DNA of 64,000 nt from the human T2T-CHM13v2.0 reference genome, Homo sapiens (GCF_009914755.1 NC_060930.1), one strand, 5' to 3'. Positions 29,163 through 43,107 are shown, numbered from the stretch's first letter. Numbers and translations: made by a program. The notes: a model not told the origin generated them from the letters alone.

Positions 29163-29456
29163 TCGTGCTGATTGGTTTGTGAGTATACAAAAGAGGCTAA
29201 AACAAAGGCACCACTCAAAGGTGAGCCACAACAGTATAAATAACCAATTAGGGAAGGGTAGGTATATGTAAAATAGGTGAAGAGTGGGGATCAATCAGAG
29301 GAAAGCATGCCAAATGGGAGGAGAGGTTCTCAATCTGGTCTGTGGATTTATCCAGGACTTGTAGCTAGGCTTTAAACTGTCTTTGGCTTGAAGGTGGGGT
29401 TTCACCGGGGACCCGTCCCTGGCTGCCTAGGATTTGTCTGTCTCCTGCTGCTATCA
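29163..29456 (-). mobile_element. ERV1 LTR fragment (MER52/LTR27/LTR28 group)
   Basis: gaaggtggggtttcaccggggacccg...tgtctgtctcctgctgctatca terminus; subfamily uncertain. Confidence 0.55.
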
Positions 29457-29745
29457 CTATGCTAGTTGCTGGCTATCCAGTGGTGAGCTAAACATAGTCT
29501 CTGCCCTTCTCTATCCTTCCTTTCTAATTGGAAGAAAGATATTATACAAGTAAGTGCACATTTAATTACAGTTGTGATAAGTGTACAAAGGAAAATAATC
29601 AAGTGGTAGGAATATGGAAAATGGGGTGACCTGACCTACGCTGGGGCTAAAGAACGCTTTCTTGAGGAAGACGTGTTTGAGTGAAGCCTTAGAGGAATTG
29701 GTGTGGTGAGGGAGGTAAAAAGAGAGCACCTGACAGAGGAAGAAG

Positions 29746-30428
29746 TATAACAGCCCAGTGAGTTCACCTTGCCTGCTGCCTAGACAGAGCCAAATTATCA
29801 AGTCAGAGGAATTGCAATGGAGAAACAGTAATTTATGGACAGCCGGCTGTGTAGGAGACTGCAGTTTTATTATTGCCCAAATCAGTCTCACCGAAAACTT
29901 AGGGATCAGAGTTTTTAAGGATAATTTGGTGGGTAGGGGGCCAGTGAATTGGGAGTGCTGATTGGTTGGCTCGGGGATGAAATCATAGGGAGTAGAAGCT
30001 GCTTTTTTATGCTGAGTCAGTTCCTGGGTGGGGAACATAGAACTGGTTGGCAGGTCCAGGTGGGACCACTCAGTTGTTAGAAATGCAAAAACCCGAAAAG
30101 ACATATCAAAAGGCTGATCTTAGGTTCACATAGTGATGTTACCTACAAGAGTAATTGGGGAAGTTGCAAATCTTATGACTTCTGGAATAATGGCTCGTAA
30201 TATTTAGAATTCCAGTCCTTCTCATTCTAACCTGGTGGCTGGTGGCCTTTCATTTGTTTTACAAGAACAGTTTAGCTTTAAACTGTAAACTAAATTCCTT
30301 CCCAAGGCTAGTTCAGCCTATACCCAGGAATGAACAAGGACAGTGGAGAGGATAGAAGATGAGGTCAGTTAGGTTTGATATCTTTCACTGTCATAATTTT
30401 CTCAGCTATGATTTTGCAAAGGCTCTTA
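29746..30428 (-). mobile_element. Solo LTR8-family ERV1 LTR
   Basis: gttcaccttgcctgctgcctagacagagcc...atcagagtttttaaggataatttgg...gattttgcaaaggc matches the reverse complement of LTR8 as I recall it. Confidence 0.8.
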
Positions 30429-31895
30429 GGCAGAGACGAGCACCAAGCAGACAAGAGATGCAGCTATAAGATAGGCAGAGGCCAGGTCTTAGAGGGCCTT
30501 GAGCTGTTCGAGGGCTTTTGTTGTTTAGGAGCACCGGGAAGGCCCTGAAGGGGAAAAGGCAAATGGCATAATTACGTTTGTATATTAGAAAAGTTACTCT
30601 GGCTGCAGTATGAAATGTAGAGGAGAAACAAAAACAGATGTGGGAAGACCTATAGTAGCGCAGGTGAGAGGTGGTGATAACTTGTGCCAACAAGATACGA
30701 GGAGTAAAAATAGAAATGGATGGATTAGCAATATATTTAGGAGGAAAAATAGACTTAGTAATAGATTGATAAGGGTAATGATCACTAACACTTAATGAGT
30801 GTTTACTAAGTGCTAGTTATTTTGCCATGTGCTTTATATATACCGTTATGTAATCCTCATAGCAATTGTAAAATGTAGGAATTACTGTCTCTCAATTATA
30901 CACATTAGGAAATGGTGGTTTGGAGAAGTTAAATAACTTGCCAGGTATCACATAACTAGTGAATGGCAGAGCCCTAGTTGACTCAAGGCCTGCACCCTTA
31001 ACCCCTCTACTGATATGAAAGTGGGGAAGGGGAGGAGGGGTGACGAAGGTACCAAGAATGACCCCTAGGTTTCTGTCTTCCTGACTCAAGGAAAAGTGTC
31101 ATTCACTGAGGCAAGGAACATTGCGTGAAGCCCAGCTTTGGGCAACAGGGCTTTAGTTCATGATGCTATTATATTCTGACTCAGTCACCCAAGGAATTCT
31201 TACATATAACTTTTACTTAAACTAAGCCAGAAAATATGCTTGATATTTATACTTACTCTATCCTATTGTAGGGAGTAAAAGGCTAATATACTCCAGTTCT
31301 ACTCCAGGAATGGTTCATTTGTTTGTTTACTGTAATTCTCTCATCTTCCCCTCTAGATTATAAAATATTCCTTTTATTTCTACTACCTAATACAGTGTCT
31401 GGCACATGATAGGAGTTCAGTAACTATTCACTGAAAGAAAGTAAGATTAATAGCAAAGATTTAATTAGTACTATACACATTTCAATAAAAATTTCACATT
31501 CATGTGGCCCTGAACAGATGACCTATTAGATTTTATTTGTAGTTATTAAAATGTCATTTTTTAACCTTACATATCTCATTCTTGGCATTGTTTAGACATT
31601 AGGAAAGTGATTTCATGAAGTAGATGAAATAGTCATTTGAAAACAAGGATATAGATCCTAGAGACTTGTATATATGTATTTTTGTCCTCAAGAATCTAAC
31701 CTTATGTATGCTGTGTGTGTAGTGCATAGTAAATACTTGGTGAATGAATAAATCAGTGTGGGGCTGCTTTAAGAGTCAACAGAATGGGCAGATTAAGTTG
31801 TGAATAGTCTAAAACATCTCAAAAGTGGTCATTTCTAATTCCTAATATGTACACTTTGCTACTCAGCCTTTTGTTTTCTTAAAAATCTCTAACAG

Positions 31896-32517
31896 GTATC
31901 ATCAGTTTCTCATGAAAATCCTACTGAAGTGTTTGAAGATGGAGAAAATCCACCAAGTAGTCGATCATCAGAGAGTGGATTCACTGAGTTTATACAATAT
32001 CAAGCAGACCGAACTGATGATATTGACAGAGAACTGAGTGAGGGCCAGGGGGCAGCTGCCATCCCAATTGGTAGCACATCCTCTGAGACAGAAACAGCAT
32101 CCACTGTGGGATCTGAAGAAACCATCATCCAGACCCCTTCCGTAGTCACTCAGGGGACAGCAACCCGAAGTAGGAAGACAGCCCAAAAGACTGCAATGCA
32201 GTGCTGCTTGGAGTATGTCCAACAGTTTCTTACCAGACTTATCAACCTCTACATCATTCAGAGTAACTCTTTTTCTCAGTCTTTGGCTACAGAACATCAA
32301 GGGGATCTTGGTCGAGAACAAGGAGAGACTTCAAAATGGGACAGAAATTCACAAGGAGATGTAAAAGAGAAAAACATAAGTAAACAAAAAACTTCTAAAG
32401 AATACCTGTCTGCCTTCCTTGCTGCCTGTCAGCTCTTCCTAGAGTGCTCAAGTTTCCCAGTTTACATTGCTGAGGGGAACCATACATCAGAGTTACGTTC
32501 TGAAAAATTGGAGACTG
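31896..32517 (+). CDS. DOP1A: DOP1A exon 14 (VSSVSHEN...SEKLETD), S/T/E-rich
   Basis: ctctaacag|, |gtaagg, 622 nt, phase 0 to 1; matches ORF 31929..32561. Confidence 0.96.
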
Positions 32518-33131
32518 GTAAGGTCATCTCAGTTTTGCTTATATTTCAGTATTGTCTGTAGTATGTTTTTTCTTTTTAAAAGAGGCACTCAAAACTGGGG
32601 TTTTTTTAGCCAGTTACTTTTTTTAATGTTTTAATTTGCAAGTTTTTTTAAAAATGAAATACTGTCACTATGGGGAGATTGATATATTGGAAGATTTTGT
32701 GATTTTGATGTCTTTCACAGTTTGCATGCAGATAAGTAGGAGCTGAAAAGGAAATCTCTGGAGAAAAGTAGCAGTAGATCTGCTGGTTTTCTTTGTTATG
32801 ACCAGTAACATATGTATTTACCTTTATTTTGATTTTTATATATACACACAAAGTGCAGTGAATACTACATAATGCTTATTGATCAATATACTGTTTTTCG
32901 GGACAGAAAACTAGATTGTATGACTTGGCATAAGAAAAATATATATTGAAAAAAGTATAAGAAATTCTTGTTGCTACTTTATTAAAGCTCTAGACTAGGT
33001 GAGAAACCATGGTTTTGTTAACAGATCAAGGCCTTAAAAGTATTTAGTGGCTTTGTTTTTTGAAATTAACTTAGAGTGTGTGTGAAATGTTTAGTATAAT
33101 GAACTCTGATTGCTACCATCTTTTGTTTCAG

Positions 33132-33406
33132 ACTGTGAGCATGTGCAGCCTCCACAGTGGCTCCAGACTCTGATGAATGCTTGCAGCCAAGCAAGTGATT
33201 TCAGTGTTCAGAGTGTTGCTATTTCACTAGTTATGGACCTGGTGGGACTGACACAGTCTGTGGCCATGGTCACTGGGGAAAACATCAACAGTGTAGAGCC
33301 TGCACAACCCTTAAGTCCAAACCAGGGAAGAGTAGCTGTGGTTATTAGACCTCCCCTCACTCAGGGCAATCTGAGGTACATAGCTGAGAAGACTGAATTT
33401 TTCAAG
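33132..33406 (+). CDS. DOP1A: DOP1A exon 15 (CEHVQPPQW...KTEFFK)
   Basis: gtttcag|, AAG|gtaaat, 275 nt. Confidence 0.96.
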
Positions 33407-33682
33407 GTAAATTCTAAGAAATGCATATATGACTATGATGATTACAGCCATGTATGATACTTGACCTAGTTTGCTTTAAGAATTATTTTTTAAATGTTAA
33501 TAAAGCTTCATTTAAACACCTCTTAATAGGCCATACCATGTAGAAAATGATGCCACAGCTGATATACATACTGCTCTCCCCATCTTATTCCCAATTTTGT
33601 GAGCAGGGGAGAAAGATAAGGATAAAGGAGTAGGAATATTAGGATAAAGAAAGAGAAGTATTAGGGCACTGAAGCCATGTAG

Positions 33683-34131
<449 letters not shown>

Positions 34132-34670
34132 TAAAGTCACTCAGAAAAAAATTCAGAAAACTCAGTCTTTGATTTCTACCACACTGGTATAAATATTATT
34201 CTCTATATCGAACATCAAGTAGATTTGGATTGTATACATCTTAAGCAGGTAGACTGTACATTAAAAAAAAAGTTTAAAAATCTGATTTCAAGTCATTGTG
34301 CCCCTTCAGATATTTCCTCCTGCTAGATTAGAGTTGGATTCTATAATATTGTGGTAGTGAATCCTGAAGATTATTGCATTATTATTATTACTCATTGCAT
34401 TATTATTAATGCTGTTACAGATCAAGTGCTATGTTAACATATGTAGCTCTGAAATACCTATTATCTATTGTATAGGTTTTAAGTAGTTTGGATATTTCAA
34501 CTATGAATTATTTTTCACTCTGTAATATACAACCATAAATATTAAATTGCATTCAATGTGGGATTTGTATCTTATTAAGGATAGTTTATTCTAGCATCAC
34601 TTTACTAAACACCACTAAATAACGAAATGGGGTCTTATCTGGGCCCTGCAGAAAACATTTACATGTCTGA

Positions 34671-34946
34671 TTTTTTTTTTTTCGAGATGGAGTCTCGTTC
34701 TGTCGCGCAATCTCTGCTCACTACAACTTGCGCTTTTCGGGTTCAAGCAATTCTCGTGTCTCAGCCTCCCGAGTAGCTGGGATTACAGGTGCATGCCACC
34801 ATGCCTGGCTAACTTTTTGTATTTTTAGTAGAGACAAGGTTTCGCCACGTTGGCCAGGCTGGTCTCAAACTCCTGACCTCAGGTGATCTGCCTGCCTCGG
34901 CCTCCCAAGATGCTGGGATTACAGCCATGAGCCACCATGTTCAGAC
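34671..34946 (-). mobile_element. AluS with ~20-nt internal deletion
   Basis: ctgtcgc joins directly to gcaatctc; the usual ccaggctggagtgcagtgg is missing. Confidence 0.9.
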
Positions 34947-35185
34947 AACGCCTGATGTCTGAAAACAAATATCATTAAAGGACTATCATAAAAGGTTCCA
35001 AGGGCTTGGGTGATCAGAAGGTAGGTACATGGAAGACTGCCTTAGTAACCTCATCCCCATGGAGTAGAATATTAAAAGCCTTTCAGGTCTGACAGAGAGC
35101 AGGCATTCATTTGTACCTAATAGGAAATATTTGTTAAATTTTCATGTATGGTATTGTGACTGTCACTTTTACATCTTTTTTATAG

Positions 35186-35338
35186 CATGTAGCTTTAACA
35201 TTGTGGGACCAGTTGGGAGATGGGACACCTCAGCATCACCAGAAGAGTGTGGAACTATTTTATCAATTACATAACTTAGTTCCTTCTTCTAGCATCTGTG
35301 AGGATGTTATAAGTCAGCAGTTAACCCATAAAGATAAG
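35186..35338 (+). CDS. DOP1A: DOP1A exon 16 (HVALTLWDQL...THKDK)
   Basis: ttttatag|, AAG|gtaaat, 153 nt. Confidence 0.96.
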
Positions 35339-37195
35339 GTAAATCCTCTTCTTATCTTGTGCACACCGCCCCCTCCGCCACACACACACACACACATACT
35401 GAAAAGTAAGAAAACTTTAGGGAAATTATTGCAATTAACATCGGAGTAAGAGAAAATAGCTTTGTTCACAGTGATCTTAATATCTTTAAAATAAATGTAT
35501 TCAATTATTTCTAGAGGAAAGTTCTTTACAAAAGCATCAGTAATATGAAAAATTAAAACAAAAATAAAATGCTGGGTTTATTTCTTTGTTCAAGACACAG
35601 TTATGGGAACTGATGTTTAGTATTGGTGGTCTCAGTTCTTGGGTCATTTAAAGAGGAACCAGAGGCCTCAGTTATGGAACTTACGGATTTATTAACTAAT
35701 ATATATGAAATGAAATAATGTATAAAGTATATTTATAAGCCATAGAATGCTAATATGTGAGATTATATTATTTGTATTATTATACTGCATATCCAAAATA
35801 AGAATTTTGTATCCTAATGTATATGAAGTGTGATATATAATTCAGTTAAAGGTGGCTGAGAATTAGCCTGAGAAGAAGCTGGAATAATCATTTTTACTAA
35901 CCTCATCAGGGTTATTTAATGACATTTGTGGTCTTCCTGTGCTGCTCTGTAATATAAATTGAAGATTTTATTGAAGAGCTTTTAGAAGTAGATTGTCCTA
36001 TTTTTAAAAAACTCAAAATGCTAGTGAGTTTGAGTGGGTCATAATCAAAAAAGGAATTGTGTTAAATAAATGAAACATTTGGTAGAGGAGAAAGTAGTAT
36101 ATGAAGGAGTAAATGAAAGGAATGAAAAGTTTATTCCAAGAAAAATGTTAAAATTCTATTTCTGCTATAACATATTTTTTCAAAATTATTCAAAAATAAT
36201 AGGTAAGCACTGTATTCTAACAATTTAAGTTTCACATTAAATATAAATCTAGGACAAATATATGCCTGTTTTCACTTGGGTAGCATTTCATTTTTAAAGA
36301 AATACTCCCAAGTTCTAAATAAAGATACACATCCATGAAAAAAAATTAAAATATCTTTTACTACTTAATTTTTACATTTCTGGTGGTTGATACAAATGCA
36401 GGCTTCATAAGAAAAGCCTGTATTAAGCCCATAGAAAAAACAAGCATGCCTCCCACCTATCACAAGCATTTAGAAAGTTGCCGTCTGGTTTCTTGGGGCT
36501 TTTGCTTGAAGGATCCATAAATGCTAAAGAAAGACTTTAAAAATTTTGATAGTGTGACAATTTCTACTTGATTTATACATGTTTATTATCTAATACCAAA
36601 TGTGCTTGCCTATCTAAATAATTTATTTTTACATTGTTTTACCCATTATTATATTAATCTTTTTCCAAATAATCTCAAAAGTAGTTTAATATTTTTATTG
36701 TAAAAATTATTTTTAAGTATTTAAATTTTTGAGTCAAACCAGCTTTATAAGTGATGAAAAACTCATTTGGGATTAATGTATCATTTCTGGGACAAAAAAT
36801 ATATAGTGCAATGAAATCAATTTTGATAACTAAATGTTTATATTAAAATGAAGGAGGAAGTGCTTTCTGGACTCCAGATATATGTACATTAGTAACTTTT
36901 TTCTCCTGTTATACAATAATATAGTAAACTAATTACTTAAAGTCTGAACTCAGGAATAATTATTTATGAGACAGGATGAGATGATCCTTTTAAGTTCAAT
37001 ATTTCTGTATATATTTACATATTTTCTGTGTTCCTACTGCCATAAAGAATATAAATAAAGTTTATTGCAATGTGTGTTTGAATATTGTGGACGTTGAACG
37101 TAATACAGTACTCCTAAATAGTACTCTGATTTTACTAAAATCATAGTATCTTCAAGAGAGAAGAACATAATTTAAGCTCCCATGTTTCTCCTCAG

Positions 37196-37296
37196 AAAAT
37201 AAGGATGGAAGCACATGCCAAGTTTGCAGTTCTTTGGCATCTAACGAGAGATCTCCATATAAATAAATCTTCATCTTTTGTACGTTCTTTTGACAG
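37196..37296 (+). CDS. DOP1A: DOP1A exon 17 (KIRMEAHAKFAVLWHLTR...RSFDR)
   Basis: ctcctcag|, CAG|gtcagt, 101 nt. Confidence 0.95.
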
Positions 37297-38614
37297 GTCA
37301 GTTACATTTTATATTAAGATTTCACAGTCATATATCTTAATGTTGCCTCTTTCCTTGAGTCCACTGTCTAGCTTGGCAAGTGTAGGAGATAGCAATTTAC
37401 AAATTTTATAAAGAGAATTTATTATTTTGAAAACCGTAAGCTGTATTAAAATGCATGGCATTTTTACTCATCCACCAGGTTTTTACTTTCTGGTTTTGGA
37501 GTACCCGGCTCCACTTCCCTTCCTTGGACAACTATTCATCACGTTCCTGATAATGTTAGTGATAGAGCAATGGATACAGCTCTCTTGAGACTATATTCAC
37601 ATTTAGTGAAACTGCATATAGATAGTAGATTATGTGTTTCTCAAGCAATTATTTTCAATCTTCTGCCTAAACTAGATTTATTAAAATCTATAGCTGAAAA
37701 CACTAACAGATTCTTTCCATGAATCCAGAGAACTTGTAGCTGCCTGAGAGTGGTTTTGGTTTTTGTCTGGACTACGTAGGTGACTTCAAATATCAGATCT
37801 GCATTAAATTCCAAGGAGCTGCCATTTTTAGGTGGATTCATATATTGTCATAAGGTAGTCTCACCAGTTGGTCTCATACTGGTGGCCATGAATCTATGTT
37901 CAAGGTCAGCTCAGGATCAGATGTGTCCTCTACTGAACGTTATTTCAGCTGGTGCTTTTCAACCAGCATTAGCATTTTAAGTCATCTGATACTGAACCAT
38001 ATATTGAACCCCTACAATGTACTGAATATATTGAACCTTTACTTTATAAATAATCATCTCTTATTTGACAACCATCTTTCCTAATTTTACAAGTGAGGGA
38101 ATAGAGGTCAGGAAAAGTTGTTACTTGCCCAACACCACACAAAATATTTGAATCTTGGGTTTTTCTGATTCCAAACCACACTTTCATACCTTCCACAGAT
38201 CTTTCCTTGAATTAAGCACAGAGCTTTGGCTCACAAGGAGAGTGTGAGCAGACTCCAACATGGAGCCGACTTGCCGAAGGCTCAGTGCTTGATAATATGA
38301 ACAGGAAAATGTTGCTAAAACAAGACTAATCATATTTTTTTTCAGTTCTTCAGTATTAATCTTAGTAATGTATGCCTGTGAAATTTCAAAGCATGAGTAT
38401 ATTTTTAAAAGGGCAAAAGGTTTTTTTCCTTTCTTATACCCACCGAGACTATTGGGATTAAGATTATTAAAATACTATGATCAAAATTTATCCTGAAGTA
38501 TGACTACTTCAAAATAGTTAATTCAAAATAAGAAACAGAATTTATTAATTTTATAAAAGAGTGTGACAAGGTAGATGTTTGGTTCTTTATTTTAATTATT
38601 TGTGTTTATTTTAG

Positions 38615-38874
38615 GTCACTGTTCATCATGTTAGATAGCCTTAACAGTCTCGATGGTTCTACTAGCTCTGTGGGACAAGCCTGGCTGAACCAAGTCCTAC
38701 AAAGACATGATATTGCACGAGTTTTGGAACCATTGCTATTGCTCCTGCTTCATCCAAAAACTCAGAGGGTTTCAGTACAGCGTGTACAAGCAGAACGTTA
38801 TTGGAATAAGTCTCCCTGTTATCCAGGAGAGGAGAGTGACAAGCATTTCATGCAAAATTTTGCCTGCAGCAATG
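38615..38874 (+). CDS. DOP1A: DOP1A exon 18 (SLFIMLDSL...NFACSN)
   Basis: ttttag|, ATG|gtgaat, 260 nt, phase 2 to 1. Confidence 0.95.
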
Positions 38875-40168
38875 GTGAATAACACATAGAAGTAGACAGC
38901 TTTATTTAGAATTATTAAAATAAAGTGATACATGAATACAACAGTAATTGTTGAAAGAACTGCATGTGAGATTTTCTCCATGGGCTTATTTTCTCCCCTC
39001 CTCATGCACTAGCAATGCTGTGTGGACCATGTCAGAATGTACTTTGTCAATGACCATCTTAGAGGATGTGGGTCTCTCAGTTGACTCTTTCAGGGCAGGA
39101 ATCAGGCACAGCTCTGATTAGAGACATTCTTCAATTTTGATGGAAATATCTTTAGAGCTTAGTTAGCAATTCTGGTCCTACAGGCTCTGTAGATACTTCA
39201 TTGGGAATTTATAGTAAATCTGTAATGCACATTTTGTATTTCATGAGTCATTTTCCTCATCTTTTAAGAGAAGAATAATGCTCAACTTTCAAGGTTTTAT
39301 TATGACCATCAGATGTAGTCATGTTTGTGACATGCCTAAATATTCACTATTACTATATTACTACAAAGTCCATACTTTATAGTTGAGTGATGCCTTCTAT
39401 ACAGTGATATTGTCCCCTTAGATTACTTTATTTCATTTAAGGGACAAAGACTCTCACATATGTCATTTGTCTCTTGACAAACCCTGTGGTGGTAATGAAA
39501 AGATCATTTTACTGAGCAGGTTGCTGATGCCTAGAAGGCTATGGCTTTCTCAGAGTCTCATGGCTATTAAGTGATGAAGCTGAAACCAAACTGTCATAGT
39601 CCTACTTCATCTCTAGTGTGTTTCTACAGAGTCTTGGTTCCTCTCTCTGGCTTCTTTTCTATTCCTTCTTCTGAATCTTGTAAGAATTTGCATTACCCTG
39701 CTTATTGCCAGAATGTCTTTGTGTTAATGCTTTATCTAACTGTCTGCTGAATTCTCACCTCCCCTCTGAGATCAGTGCCAGACCTCATCAATGGTATCAT
39801 GATTCTTTCCCTAAATTTGCTAGCATTTGGTATGTACTACTTTGTATGTCACTAAGCCTTCCACCTTTTCTAAAAGAAGACCGTCATTATTGTATGCCCC
39901 CTAAAAAATACAGAAATGAATTATGTATTTGTGGTTTGCTGCTAATTTTAAAGTCTTTAGAGAGCTTAGAAACAGCATAACTAAAGTGAGGTATTAAGGA
40001 GGAAAAAACAAAACTTTCACCTGCAATAAAATAAAATGTAATTTTAGGAAAATATAAGTAGATGATGACACTAATGATTAAAAATTTTGATCAGTCTACA
40101 TTTCTACATTTCAATTATTTTAATGCATTTTGTATTTTTCTTCTTTTACTGTTTTTCTCATATATCAG

Positions 40169-42158
40169 TGAGCCAAGTACAACTCATCACATCAAAAGGA
40201 AATGGTGAAAAGCCACTTACCATGGATGAAATAGAGAACTTTAGTCTCACTGTGAATCCATTAAGTGACAGACTTTCCCTCCTAAGTACCAGCAGTGAGA
40301 CAATTCCAATGGTTGTGTCTGATTTTGATCTTCCAGACCAACAGATAGAAATACTTCAGAGTTCTGACTCGGGATGTTCACAGTCCTCTGCTGGGGACAA
40401 CTTGAGTTACGAAGTTGATCCTGAAACCGTGAATGCCCAAGAGGATTCTCAAATGCCCAAGGAAAGCTCCCCAGATGATGATGTTCAACAGGTAGTATTT
40501 GACCTGATATGTAAAGTTGTAAGTGGCCTCGAAGTGGAATCTGCATCAGTTACATCTCAATTAGAAATTGAAGCTATGCCCCCAAAGTGCAGTGATATAG
40601 ATCCAGATGAAGAGACGATTAAAATTGAAGATGACTCCATTCAACAGAGTCAGAATGCTTTGCTGAGTAATGAAAGTTCTCAGTTTCTGTCTGTGTCTGC
40701 AGAGGGAGGCCATGAGTGTGTGGCAAATGGAATCTCCAGGAATAGCTCCTCACCTTGTATTTCAGGAACCACACACACTCTTCATGACTCTTCTGTTGCT
40801 TCCATAGAAACCAAATCTAGACAAAGGAGTCACAGTAGTATTCAATTCAGCTTCAAAGAAAAATTATCAGAAAAAGTTTCGGAGAAGGAAACAATAGTTA
40901 AGGAGTCAGGTAAACAACCAGGAGCAAAACCTAAAGTAAAACTTGCCAGAAAAAAGGATGATGACAAGAAAAAATCTTCAAATGAAAAACTCAAACAAAC
41001 CAGTGTATTCTTCAGTGATGGTCTGGATTTAGAGAACTGGTATAGCTGTGGAGAGGGAGACATTTCTGAAATTGAGAGTGACATGGGTTCTCCAGGATCT
41101 CGAAAATCTCCCAATTTCAACATTCATCCTCTCTATCAACATGTGCTCCTGTATCTCCAGTTGTATGATTCATCCAGGACTTTGTATGCTTTCTCTGCCA
41201 TCAAAGCCATCTTGAAAACTAACCCTATAGCTTTTGTAAATGCCATTTCAACTACTAGTGTAAATAATGCATATACTCCTCAGTTGTCTCTCCTTCAGAA
41301 TCTATTGGCCAGACACCGGATTTCTGTTATGGGCAAAGATTTTTATAGTCACATTCCAGTGGACTCAAATCATAACTTCCGGAGTTCTATGTACATAGAA
41401 ATTCTTATTTCTCTCTGCTTATATTACATGCGTAGCCATTACCCAACTCATGTCAAGGTTACTGCACAAGATTTAATAGGCAATCGAAACATGCAAATGA
41501 TGAGCATAGAAATTCTGACACTACTCTTCACTGAGCTGGCAAAAGTAATAGAAAGCTCAGCGAAGGGTTTCCCTAGTTTTATTTCTGATATGTTATCTAA
41601 GTGCAAAGTTCAGAAAGTGATTCTTCATTGTTTGCTGTCATCTATCTTTAGTGCTCAGAAATGGCATAGTGAAAAAATGGCAGGTAAGAACCTGGTTGCT
41701 GTGGAAGAAGGTTTCTCAGAGGACAGCCTTATTAATTTCTCAGAGGATGAATTTGACAATGGCAGCACGTTGCAGTCACAACTTCTTAAGGTGCTTCAGA
41801 GGCTGATTGTTCTAGAACACAGAGTAATGACTATTCCTGAAGAGAATGAAACAGGTTTTGATTTTGTTGTATCTGACTTAGAACACATCAGTCCCCATCA
41901 ACCCATGACTTCTCTTCAGTATTTGCATGCTCAGCCAATCACATGTCAAGGCATGTTCCTCTGTGCAGTGATACGAGCTTTGCATCAGCACTGTGCATGT
42001 AAGATGCACCCACAATGGATTGGTTTAATCACATCTACTCTGCCTTACATGGGAAAAGTTCTGCAGAGAGTGGTTGTTTCTGTGACACTACAACTGTGCA
42101 GAAATTTAGATAATCTAATTCAGCAGTACAAATACGAAACAGGATTATCTGATAGTAG
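40169..42158 (+). CDS. DOP1A: DOP1A exon 19, giant 1990-nt internal exon (VSQVQLITS...TGLSDSR)
   Basis: Lies within the 691-aa ORF 40087..42162; tatatcag| acceptor after a long pyrimidine tract, TAG|gtaaga donor, phase 1 to 2. Confidence 0.96.
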
Positions 42159-42995
42159 GTAAGAGGTGATTTTTAACTTTATTGGTACTGACATTTTTCA
42201 CATATATGACTGCTTAATGTCTGGAAAGTTGGTCACAACTTGAGTAAATAAAGTAATGGTTTTTGGTAGGTTACAAATAGTGTATTACTTTCCACAAAAA
42301 AGAAAATTTGACTTGAGGAAGAGTATCAGTAAAAGAATCTAGAATGGAAAAGGGAAGGAATATTTAAACAGGCTTATTTTCTACCAAGATCTAAAATTAA
42401 TTTCAATGCTCTTCTCTTCTTGCCTGAGCTGGCAAAACTAATGGGAAGCTTAGAAAAGGGTTTCCCAGGTTTTGTCTGTTTTATCTAAGTGCAAATCAAT
42501 TTCAGACTGAAAATAATTTAAATTTACAAATCTTTTCCATCCAATTTTATTTCTTGTTTTGGATTTTCATGGTTTAGTGACAAAATTCGATCTGAGTCTC
42601 TATGCTCAAAATGAAGTCTGAAAAATTAGTTCCAGTAGACTGTCATTTTTCTTCAGAATAACCTTAGTTTCTACATGTAAAATAATAAGAAAACTGCCTG
42701 TATTGTTTAATATTAATATGCCTGCCATTCCTCAGTGGCTAGAGAGTCACTAGCCATCATTTGTTTATTTTGTATAGAATTCTTTAGCCAAAAAGAACTC
42801 TAGTACATTTAGTCCAACTCACTTATTTTATAGATTAGGAAATAAAAGCCCCTGATTTATTCTTTTAGCCATTTGTTAATCTAGTATTTATTGCACATCT
42901 TCTGTGTACCTGACACATTGTGAGTATTTACTAGTGATAAAATATGAACTATACTATCATAAAACTTGTGTTTAAATGAATGCATTTTACTTCAG

Positions 42996-43107
42996 GCCTC
43001 TGTGGATGGCATCAATTATTCCACCAGATATGATTCTTACTCTTTTGGAAGGGATTACAGCCATTATCCATTACTGTTTGTTGGATCCAACTACACAGTA
43101 TCACCAA
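42996..43107 (+). CDS. DOP1A: DOP1A exon 20 (PLWMASIIPPDM...TQYHQ)
   Basis: cttcag|, CAA|gtaaga, 112 nt. Confidence 0.95.

Noticed and set aside
29562-30104. 180-aa minus-strand ORF
   Set aside because: Lies across an LTR8 solo LTR and flanking old repeat sequence; no protein-like motif or splice support
31968-32321. Antisense ORFs overlapping exons 14 and 19 (also 40247-40546, 40842-41123)
   Set aside because: Shadow ORFs expected opposite real coding sequence
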